From the NCBI GenBank assembly GCA_963837265.1, contig CAWIMQ010000003.1:14694-78693 (forward strand): a stretch of DNA of 64,000 bases, in the 5' to 3' direction. A program made the position numbers and the translations under genes. A model generated the notes under the pieces. It had not been told where the DNA came from. It made no database searches and saw only the letters and a program-made list of their open reading frames with translations. This DNA comes from an uncultured Actinomycetes bacterium (GTDB lineage: Bacteria; Actinomycetota; Thermoleophilia; Gaiellales; Gaiellaceae). This document shows positions 38,206-48,155 of the stretch, in pieces; the first letter of the stretch is position 1, and each line of letters opens with the position of its first letter.

Positions 38206-41200
38206 GTGTCGATCCAGGAGACGAAGCCCGACGTCGTCAGCTTCCGGCTCTCGCCCCAGCAGGAGCATCTGTGGCAGATCGAGCCGGACGCCTCGGGGCG
38301 CACGGGCGCAGTGCGCCTCGAGCTCCCGGCAGACGTCGATCCTGCCGCGATCCGAGAGGCGATCCGCGGCTCGTCGGACGGCACGAGATCCTGCGTACGA
38401 CGTTCCAGCGCCGGGCGGGAATGCGGATGCCGGGGCAGGTGATCCAGGACGTCCTGGAGCCGGGCTGGAGCGAGGAGCCGGTGGGGCGCGGAGGACGGGA
38501 TCGACGCGCTCGTCGCCGACGAGGCGCGGACATCCCTCGACCTCGCGGCAGGGGCCTGTGCTCCGCGCGCGCCTCGTCCGGGCCCCAGGGCCGGCGCAGC
38601 TCCTCGTCCTCACCGTTGCAGCGGCCCGTGCGTCGATGCGGCGTCGCTCGGAATCGTCGCCCGCGAGCTCGGCGCAGCTCCTCAGCCCTCGGCGCGACGG
38701 ACCTCGACGAGCCCCTCCAGTACGCGGACTACGCGGAGTGGAAGAACGAGCTCCAGAGCGCGGAGGACGAGGCCGGCCGAGGAGGCCCGGGCCTTCTGGG
38801 CCGGGCGGAGGTCTCCCCGTCGCCGGTCGTCCTCTTCGCTCGCCCCGGCGCCGTCGGCGCAGGCCGCGAGGTGCGGCGCGTGCGCGTTCCGCTCGACCCG
38901 GCCGACGTCGCCCGTGGAGCCGCCGCGTCCCACTCGTCCGAGGCGGTCTTCCTCGAAGCGTGCTGGCACGCCTGCGTCGCCCGCCTCACGGGGGAGCAGG
39001 AGGTCACGCTCGCGACCGCGGTCGACGGGCGGGGCCACGAAGAGCTCGCGAATGCGGTCGGGCCGTTCGCTGCGTCACTGCCGCTCCGGACCCGAATCGA
39101 CGCGACGACGTCGGTCGCGGAGGTCGTCGACCAGGTTCGCCGAGCCCGCGGCGCCGCGGAGCGGTGGCAGGAGTGGGCGGGGCGCGACCTCCTCCAGTCC
39201 GTCGCCGAGCGCTGCGGCGTCGGCTTCGCGAGCGTGGAGATCGCCCCCCCGGGAGACGCGCACCCCTCGATGCGGGCTCTAGTCGGGCAGCCGGGCCGGC
39301 TCGACCTCCAGCTCTTCTGGCTCGCGAACGGCGATGTCCGGATCGCGGAGCTCCACTACGACCCGGCCGTGCTCGAAGCCGACGACGCCGAGCAGGTCGC
39401 GCGGGCCACCGCCGCGGTCGTGGCCTGCGCGTCCGACGCGAACGCCGCGGTCGGCGACCTCGACCTGATCGACGACGAGGAGCGGAGACGGCTGCTGCAC
39501 GCGCTCGAGCCGGTGCCGGCCGACTACCCGGAGGAGTGCGTCCACCGCCTCTTCGAGCGGCAGGCGGCGGCGACCCCCGACCTGATCGCGGTGCACGGCG
39601 CGGGCACCAGCCTGACCTACCGCGAGCTGAGCGCGCGCGCGAACCGGCTCGCGCACCATCTCCGGGCGCTCGGCGTCGGTCCTGCCGTCGCCGTCGGTCT
39701 CTGCATGGACCGCTCGCCGGAGATGATCGTCGCCCTCCTCGCGATCCTGAAGGCCGGCGGCGCGTACGTGCCGCTCAACTTCGAGCACCCCCCGGCACGC
39801 CTCTCCCACCAGCTCGAGGAGACGGCCGCGCCGGTGCTCGTGACGCAGGAGGCGCTGCTCGACCGCCTGCCGGCGTTCCCGGGGACGGTGCTCTGCGTCG
39901 ACCGGGACGCGGCCGAGATCGAGAGGCACCCGGAGACCGACCCGCCGCCGGTCGGCGACGCCGACGACCTCGTCTATGTGATGTACACGTCGGGCTCGAC
40001 CGGCCTGCCGAAGGGGGTCGGGGTCACGCACGCGAACCTCGTCAACTACACGACCGCGATCTCCCGACGACTCGAGCTCGACTCGCCCGGCACGGAGACG
40101 GGGACGTTCGCGGCCGTCTCCGCGATCAGCACCGACCTCGGCAACACGAGCGTCTTCCCGTCACTCCTCCACGGCGGCTCGCTCCACCTCGTTCCACCGG
40201 ACGTCGCCATGGACGGGAGCCTGTTCGCCTCCTACCTCGAGGCGCACCCGGTCGACGTGCTCAAGATCACCCCGTCGCATCTCCGCGCACTGCTCGCGGG
40301 CGCCGCAGCGGAGCGCGTGCTGCCCCGCCGCTGGCTCGTCCTCGGCGGCGAGGCGGCGTCGTGGGAGCTCGTGGACGGCCTCGCCGCGACGGGCACCTGC
40401 CGGATCCTCAACCACTACGGCCCGACCGAGACGACCGTCGGCGCCTGCGCGTTCGAGGTCGGCGGCGGGCGGCCCTCGCCGAGGCCGTCGACGGTCCCGA
40501 TCGGGAGGCCGCTCGCGAACACGAGCGCGTACGTCGTCGACGGGAACCTGCGGCCGCTGCCGGCGCGGCGTTCCCGGCGAGCTCTGCATCGGCGGGACCG
40601 GGGTCGCGCGCGGCTACGTCGGGCGGCCCGAGCAGACGGCGCAGGTGTTCGTGCCCGATCCGTTCTCGGCGGAGACCGGGGCCCGCATCTACCGGACCGG
40701 CGACCGTGCCCGGTATCTCCGCGACGGCACGATCGAGTTCCTCGGGCGGCTGGACGACCAGGTGAAGATTCGCGGCTACCGGGTGGAGCCGGCCGAGGTC
40801 GAGGCCGTGCTCGCCCGCCATCCGTCCGTTCGCCAGGCTGCGGTCGTCGCGCGACGGGCGGACGACGGCGAGCCGCAGCTCGTCGCGTACGTCGTCGCGC
40901 CGGCGAAGCCGGGCGTCGAGGAGCTGCAGGCGTTCCTGCGAGGACTCGCTGCCGGCGTACATGGTTCCGGCGAGCGTTCGTCGCGACCGACGCCTTGCCG
41001 CTTCACGGCGAGCGGCAAGGTCGACCGGAAGGCGCTGCCCGACGCCCGACCGACGAGGCGCGGGAGACGGGCGTACGTGGCGCCGCGCACGCCGCTCGAA
41101 GAAGGGCTCGCGCAGATCTGGGAGGAGGTGCTCGGCGTCGAGCGCGTCGGCGCCGACGACGACTTCTTCTCGCTCGGCGGCCACTCGCTGCTCGCGACCC

Positions 41201-41355
41201 AGGTCGTGATCCGCATCCGCAGGGCCTACACCGACATCCCGCTGCACAGCATCTTCGACTCACCGACCGTCGCCGGCCTGGCGGAGGTCGTCCTCCGGGC
41301 CGAGCTGGAGACGCTCCCGGTAGCTGATGCCGCCGACGACGGGAACCCCTCGTGA
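38206..41355 (+). pseudogene. Single-module NRPS, C-like(no HH motif)-A(Asp-like)-T; at least eight frame changes
   Basis: The N-terminus ..VVSFRLSPQQEHLW.. and ..GRHEILRTTFQRR.. is followed by ..LLVLT..CVDAASLGIVAREL.. at the position of HHxxxDG.
- A domain: NFEHPPARL, YTSGSTGLPKG, AISTDLGNTSVFPSLL, VLKITPSHL, LVLGGEA, NHYGPTETTVG; code DLTKVGHVGK.
- T domain: FFSLGGHSLLA.

The stop overlaps the next GTG (GTGA at 41352). Confidence 0.75.
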
Positions 41356-42858
41356 CGGAGACGCCGACGAACGAGATCGCGCGCCGCGTCGAGTCGCTGA
41401 CACCCGAGCAGCGCCGGCTGCTCAAGGAGGCGTTGAAGAAGCGCGGCGGCACCGCGCCGGAGGGAATCCCGCGCCGGCGCGATCCCGGACCGGCGCCGCT
41501 CTCGTTCTCGCAGCAGCGCATGTGGTTCCTCGACCAGTGGGACCCGGGCGCGCCGACGTCGAACGGCGCGCGGGCGCTACGGCTGTCGGGAGAGCTCGAC
41601 GCCGGCGCGCTCCGGACCGCCCTCGCCGGCGTCGTCGAGCGGCACGAGAGCCTGCGGACGGTCTACCGCCTCGACGGACGAGAGCCGAGACAGGCTCCGC
41701 TCGAGGACTGGTCGCTCGAGCTGCCGCTCGTCGACCTCCGGATGCTGGCGGCCGGGGAGCGCGAGCAGGCGCTCGCAAGGTCGCTGCGCGAGGAGGCGCG
41801 GAAGCCGTTCGACCTCGGTTCCCAGCTCATGATCCGGCCGGTGCTCTACCACCTCGGCCCCGCCGACCACGTGCTCCTGCTCGCGATCCACCACATCGCC
41901 TACGACGCGTCGTCCGACCGGGTCTTCAACCGGGAGCTCGCCGAGCTGTACCGCGCACAGCTGGACGGCCGGCCAGCCGTCCTGCCCGACCTTCCGATCC
42001 AGTACGCGGACTTCGCCGTGTGGCAGCGCGAGCGCCTGCAGGGGAAGCTGCTCGACGCCCTCGTCGCCTACTGGGGCAAGCAGCTGGAGGATGCCCCGGC
42101 ACGGCTCCGCCTGCCGACCGACCGCGCCCGACCGGCGGTGCAGCGCCACCGGGGCTCGCATCACTTCATCTCGTTCGGCGGTGGGCTCGGACGCGCCCTC
42201 GCCGAGCTCGGCCGCAGCCAGGGCGCGACCGTCTTCATGACGCTCCTCGCTGCCTTCGACACGCTTCTCTACCGCTTCTCGGGGCAGGACGACATCGTGG
42301 TCGGGACGCCCATCGCCGGGCGCAGCCACCTCGAGCTCGAGGGCCTGATCGGCTTCTTCACGAACACGCTCGTACTGCGCAACCGCCTCGGGGAATCCCT
42401 CCTTCCGCGAGCTCCTCGGGCGCGTGCGCGAGTGCGCTCTCGGTGCGTACGCGCACCAGGAGCTCCCCTTCGAGAAGCTCGTCGAGTGTCTCCGCGTCGA
42501 GCGCGACCCGAGCTGGAACCCCCTCTTCCAGGTCAACTTCAGGGGCCGGTCGGCGTCGGACGAGACCCTCGAGCTGCCCGGCTTGTCGGCGCAGACGATC
42601 CAGGTCGACCTCGGCTTCTCGCGCTTCGACCTCGCCCTCGAGATCGAGATCGACGACGAGGCAGTCCGCGGCTACTTCGAGTACGACGAGGACCTCTTCG
42701 ACCCGGCCACCATCGAGACGCTCGCCTCGGATCTCGAGGCACTCCTCCACCGGATCGCGCTCGCCCCCGAGACGCCGATCCTCGCTCTCGCCCGCGGGCA
42801 GGGGCGCTCGCTCGGGCGCCGGCAGACGGCGGGCCGCATCTCTCGCAGCGTGCGATAA
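41352..42858 (+). pseudogene. Stand-alone condensation-domain protein; single 1-nt frame change near 42394
   Basis: ..LTPEQRRLLKEAL..PLSFSQQRMWFLDQ.., HHIAYDASS and ..IGFFTNTLVLR... The sequence GGGGAATCCCTCCTTCCGCGAG reads as the canonical GDPSFRELL if one A is removed. The rest (..YAHQELPFEKLV..FDLALEI..EYDEDLFD..) is then in frame up to TAA at 42856-42858. Confidence 0.8.
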
Positions 42859-42906
42859 CCATCGGTCAACGAACGAAAGGCGACGGCAATGCAGGAAGAA
42901 GCAACG

Positions 42907-45900
42907 ATGAGCTTCCGGCTCTCCCCCCAGCAGGAGCTCCTCTGGTCGACCGACGCCGAGGGGCCGCCCGGCTCGAACCGGGCGACGGTCCTGCTCGACG
43001 GCCCGCTCGACCCGGAGCGGTTGCGCGACGCGCTGCGCCGCGTGGTCGCGCGCCACGAGATTCTCCGGACCACGTTCCAGCGCCGGCCGGGCATGCGCAC
43101 CCCGCTGCAGGTCGTGCGCGACGATCTCGACCCCGAGTGGGAGACGCCCGAGCCAGGGCAGAGCGAGACTCCCCGGCCGTGGGACTTCGAGGAAGGCCCG
43201 CTCGTCAGGGCGGCGCTCGTGCCGGTCTCGGCGGATCGGCACCTGCTCCGGCTCGCGGTCCCGGCCGTGTGCGCCGACGCGGCGTCCATCGCCACGATCG
43301 TGCGCGAGGTGGCACAGCACTACGGCGGCGCCGCGCCGGCCGAGGATCAGCTCCAGTACGCGGACTTCGCCGAGTGGCAGCACGAGCTGCTCGCCGCGGA
43401 CGACGACGAGGCGAGGGCGGGCAAGGAGTTCTGGGCCGAGCACGATGCCGGAGCGTCGCCGGCGGTCCCGTTCCTGCGCCGCCCGGAGTCACCGCGGCCG
43501 GTCGAGACGGTTGACGTCCCACTCGCCGCGGGAGCGCTGGGCGACATCGACCGGGCCGCCGTGCGCTACGGGCTGACGAGCGCAGCGTTCGTCCAGGCGG
43601 CCTGGCATGTCCTGGTCGGCCGCCTGGCCGGAGACGACGAGCCCGTCGTGGTGACCGTCTCGGGCGAGCGCCAGCACACCGAGCTCGAGAGCGCCGTGGG
43701 CGCGTTCATCAGGCGGCTGCCGCTCCGGTCGCGCCTCGCCGATGATCCGACCTTCGCGGAGGTGGCGACGCAGCTGCTGCACGCCGGCGAGCTCGCGGCG
43801 CGCTGGCAGGACTATCTGCCCTCGGACGCCTCCGCGGATCAGCCGGTCGGCTTCTCCTCGACGGAGCCGTTCGAGCCGACGGACGCGGGGGAAACGCGGT
43901 TCTCGCTGGAGGACCATCACGGCCGAGGACGTCACGACCCCGCTCTCGCTCGACTGGACGCCCGTCGCCGGCGGCCGGGCTCGGATCCGCTTCGACGCCG
44001 CCGCAATCGAGCGGCCTCACGCCGAGCGCATGGCGCACTACCTCGGCCGCGTGCTCGCGGCTGCTTCAGCGCGGCCGGAGATCCCCGTCGGAGAGCTCGA
44101 GCTGCTGGACGCCGAGGAGGTCCGGCGGCTGACCGTCGAGGTCAACGCCACCACCGCTCCGGCTGCGCCCGCGCTGGTGCACGAGCGCTTCGGCGCTGCA
44201 GCGGCGGCCGCCGGCGACCGGCAAGCGGTCGCGGACGAGACCTCGAGCATCGACTACGCCGAGCTCGACGTCCGGGCGAACCAGCTCGCCGCCAGGCTCC
44301 GCCGAGCCGGTGTCGGACCGGACGTCGTCGTCGGCCTCTGCACCGATCGGTCGATCGACATGGTCGTCGGGGTGCTCGGCATCCTCAAGGCCGGCGGCGC
44401 GTACCTGCCGCTCAACTTCGAGCACCCGCCTGCGCGCATCGAGCACCAGCTTCGGGAGACCGCCTCGCCGGTGGTCGTGGCGCAGGAGGCCGTCCTCGAC
44501 CGGCTGCCCGCCTTCGACGGCGAGGTCGTCTGCCTCGATCGCGACCGTGCGAGCCTCGATGCCGAGCCGGCCGAGGCCCCGGAGCCGGTCGGCTCCCCCG
44601 ATGACCTCGCCTACGTGATCTACACCTCCGGCTCGACGGGCACCCCGAAGGGGGTGGGCGTCACCCACGCCAATCTCGTCAACTACGTCGACGCGATCGC
44701 CTCGCAGCTGGGAGCCGACGAGGAGCCGCTCGCCTTCGGGATGGTGACCGCGATCTCGACCGACCTCGGGAACACGGCCGTCTTCCCGTCGCTCCTGACC
44801 GGCGGCACGCTCGTCCTCGTCAGCCCGCCGGCCGCGGCCGACGCGTCGGCCATGGCCGCGTTCGCGCAGGCACATCCCATCGACGTCCTCAAGATCACGC
44901 CGTCCCACCTGAGCGCCCTGCTCGCCGGCCCCGAGGCCGCCGGCATCCTCCCGCGCCGGTGGCTCGTCGTGGGCGGCGAGGCGCTCTCGTGGGATCTCGC
45001 CGCGCGCGTCCAGGAGCTCGGCGGCTGCCGCCTGCTCAACCACTACGGGCCGACGGAGACGACGGTCGGCTCGTGCACGATGCCCGTCGACGACGGAGCC
45101 GGCCGGTTTGCGCCGGTGACGGTGCCGATCGGGCGCCCGCTCGCCAACACGGCCTGCTACGTCCTCGACCCGCGCGCCCGGCCGGTCCCGGAGGGGGTCC
45201 GAGGCCAGCTCTTCATCGGGGGCGCGGGAGTCGCCCGCGGCTACGTCGGACAGCCCGAGCTGACCGCGGAGCGGTTCGTCGCCGATCCGTTCGCAGGTGG
45301 AGACGCCCGCATGTACGCGACCGGCGACCTCGCGCGGCGACTCCCCGACGGGACGATCGAGTTCCTCGGACGTGCCGACGACCAGATCAAGATCCGCGGC
45401 TTCCGGGTCGAGCCCGCGGAGATCGAGGCTGCTCTGCGCAGGATCGAGAGCGTCCAGGACGCCGTCGTCCTCGCCCCCGAGGACGGCCGCGGCGAGCGCC
45501 GGCTCGTCGCCTACGTCGCGTCGGAGCAGGGCCCGGAGCAGGACGAGCTCCGGCGCAGGGTCGCGGAATGGGTGCCAGAGGTGATGGTGCCGTCGGCATT
45601 CGTCGTGCTCGACTCGTTTCCGCTGACGCCGAGCGGCAAGGTCGACCGCGGCTCGCTCCCGGCGCCCGAGGAGGCCCAGGCCGCGGACGCCCGGGCGTAC
45701 GTCGCCCCGCGCACGCCGACGGAGGAGGCCGTGGCGGCGATCTGGACGGACGTGCTCGGCCTCGAGCAGGTGGGCGTCGAGGACGACTTCTTCGCACTCG
45801 GCGGCCATTCGCTGCTCGCGACCCAGATCGTCGCTCAGATCCGAAGCGACTTCTCGGTCGACCTGCCGCTGCACGCGCTCTTCGGCTCGCCGACCGTCGC

Positions 45901-46039
45901 CGCGCTCTCGCAGCAGCTCGTCGAGCAGATGGGCGGAAGCGGCGACGACGAGACGGCAGAGCTCCTCGCGCAGCTCGAAGGGCTGTCGGACGACGAGGCC
46001 GAGCGGCTCTCGGCCGGGGACGCCACGACGGAGGAGTGA
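42907..46039 (+). pseudogene. Single-module NRPS, C-like(no HH motif)-A(Asp-like)-T; one frame change near 43910
   Basis: MSFRLSPQQELLW (an AGGAAG sequence lies 8 nt upstream; an alternative ATG is at 42889). ..RHEILRTTFQRR.. The sequence LLRLAVPAVCADAASIATIV sits in an uninterrupted frame where HHxxxDG is expected.
- A domain: AISTDLGNTAVFPSLL, VLKITPSHL, LVVGGEA, NHYGPTETTVG; code DLTKVGHVGK.
- T domain: FFALGGHSLLA.

The acidic tail ..ELLAQLEGLSDDEAERL comes last. Confidence 0.85.
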
Positions 46040-46048
46040 CACCCGCAC

Positions 46049-46896
46049 GTGGCTGAAGCAAGCACCTCCCAGTCGCCGACGGCCGAGGCAGACGCATCGT
46101 GGCCTGCGATCGGCGCGACAGGCAGGAGCTCCTCCGCTACGTCGGACCTGACAATCGCGGAGTTCTTCCGGCAGCTCGCCCGTTACGGAGAAGGCAGCCG
46201 GGTCGCCGAGCAGGACGGCCTGCTCACGTTCGCGGGCGCGCACGGCCACCCGGCCCGTTCCGAACGGAGCGATCCTGCTCGACCACCGACTGGAGGCAGG
46301 AGGAGGCGCTCGAGCGGGCGAGAACGTTCTTCGCTCCGCTCCAGCGCAGCTTCGTCTTCTGGGTGCGCGACCGTGACGAGAGCCTGGACCGGTCGCCGGG
46401 ATCGAGCGTACGAGCTGGTCGAGCCCGACGGCCTGCCCGAGATGGCCCTCAAGGCCCGCCTCCCGGGCTGTAAGGCGCTTCCGGACAACGTCGAGCTCAG
46501 GCGCACGACGGATCCCGAGGTGCGGCGCGACTACGTCGAGGTCGTCGCCGAGGGCTGGGGATGAACGGGATCTCGCCGGACCTCGCCTCGGCGACCTTCT
46601 TCGATCCGGAGAGCGTCGCCGACCCGAACGTCGATCGCGGTCTGGCGTACTCGACGGGAGGCCGCGTCAGGCGCATGGCGCTCGTCACGACCGGGATCGC
46701 CGTGGGCGGTACGGGGAGCGACGGCTCCGTGGGCCCGCCGCCGGGCCTCGCCGACCTTTGCGTCCGCGAGATGCTAACGCGGGGCCTGCCTCGACGTCGC
46801 CTACCGCGAGCTTCGGCATCCGCGAGGGATCGGTGGCCAGGGCTCTCCGCTCTCCGGGCAGGGCGTACCAGGGGCGGATGGGGTACCGCGGGATAA
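46049..46896 (+). pseudogene. Hypothetical protein, possibly GNAT-fold acetyltransferase; frame-disrupted
   Basis: Pieces ..LLTFAGAHGHPA.., ..EEALERARTFFAPLQRSFVFWVRDRDESLDR.., ..VELRRTTDPEVRRDYVEVVAEGWG.. and ..GLADLCVREMLTRG.. lie in different frames. The assignment is weak. Confidence 0.3.
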
Positions 46897-46921
46897 CGGG
46901 CGACATGGGCAACCCCTCCGG

Positions 46922-47993
46922 TCATCGCCTGCGAGCGGGGAATGAGGCCGAGCAGGCCCTGCGCGTCGCGGGCAGGGGCTCGGGGCCTGCGCCGTAGAGC
47001 TCGCCGAGCCCGAACATCGACATGAGCTCGAGCGCCCGGCCGATCTCATCGGCCGTCAGCCGCGTCTGCCACTCGGAGACCGCCTGCCTCACGGACGGCA
47101 GCGGCTCCTCTGGGCGATAGGAGGTCAGAGAGGGCTGCGTCAGCCTTTCGTCGACCAGGGGCGGCGGCTGCAGGCTGAGCGTCCCGCAGAGGCGGTCGAG
47201 GGTTGCCCTGGGCTGCGCGACCAGATGCTCGTACAAGACGACGGCGATGTCCGACCGCCCGCGAACTGGCGGAGGGGAACGTAGGTCTCGATGCACCAGC
47301 CGCGATTTCCCGCTCGAACGGCGTCTCTATCCGCTGCAGCTCGGGGAGGAACGGGCGGAGGTGGTCGTCCCGAGCAGGGGGTCCTCGAGGAGGAAGAGCG
47401 GCCGCGAGGTCGAGCGCCTCGTCTCCGAGGCGCCGACGCGACGCGGCGACGGCGCAAGGGTGGCGGATGATGAGGATGATCGGGAAGAAGCGGGAACTGG
47501 CCGCGGAACCAGGCGAGTCGCAGGTTGCTGTGCACGTCCTTGATGATCCGGCTTCTCGAGACGATTCGCTCGTTGCCCCGCCGACCCAACGGTTCGACTC
47601 GAGCTTTCCCAGGAGAACGTTCCGCACGAGGCCGACCAGCTCGGGATCGTCGACGTCGGGGCGGATGTACCTCGGGAGGTTCCGGTCGCCGAGCGCGCCC
47701 CACCTCGGGCGGAGCGGCTCGAAGATGACGCGGTGACGGTTGTCGGCGTTGAGGAGATCGACAAGCCACGTCGTGCCGCTTCGGCCGGTCCCGGCGACGA
47801 AGATCAGCGAGTCGAACCTGCGGTTGAGGTCCAGCGGATGCTCGATCGCGATCTTCCGCCGCAGGCGCTTGAGGCGGTCCGGCCGCGACGCGACGTCCAG
47901 CAGCCGGCGCCCGCGACCACCACCCGGCCGGGGGCCGCTGCCCTCGCTCTCGGGCGGCGGGGACGCTGCATTCGGCCGCTCGGCGCTGCTCAT
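46922..47993 (-). pseudogene. Sulfotransferase family protein (second copy, different subfamily); frame-disrupted as assembled
   Basis: ATG 47993. P-loop-like SLIFVAGTGRSGTTWLVDLLN, ..PIILIIRHPCAVAASRRRLG.. and the C-terminus ..VVLYEHLVAQPRATLDRLCGTLSL.. lie in other frames. Confidence 0.6.
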
Positions 47994-48036
47994 GCTGGAA
48001 CCATGAGCCGTGCCCGTCCGCTTCGCCCTAACCGAT

Positions 48037-48107
48037 CGGCTAGATGGGCGACCGGTTGACGCTGCACCAACGTCGGTTGTCGCTGCATCGCCACGCTTCT
48101 ACGATCG
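48037..48107 (+). promoter_or_regulatory. Conserved upstream module, copy 4 (most diverged: CGGCTAG-N23-CCAACGTCGGTTGTCG-N16-CTACGATCG)
   Basis: The outer CCGATCGGCTAG and the CCAACGTCG half are conserved. The right half and the -10-like hexamer (TACGAT) are diverged. It lies in the divergent region between the sulfotransferase and the NRPS. Confidence 0.4.
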
Positions 48108-48155
48108 AGCAGTGGTCGGTGCTCCCGCAGCCGCGTCCCCGTACGGTCGCCTGAC

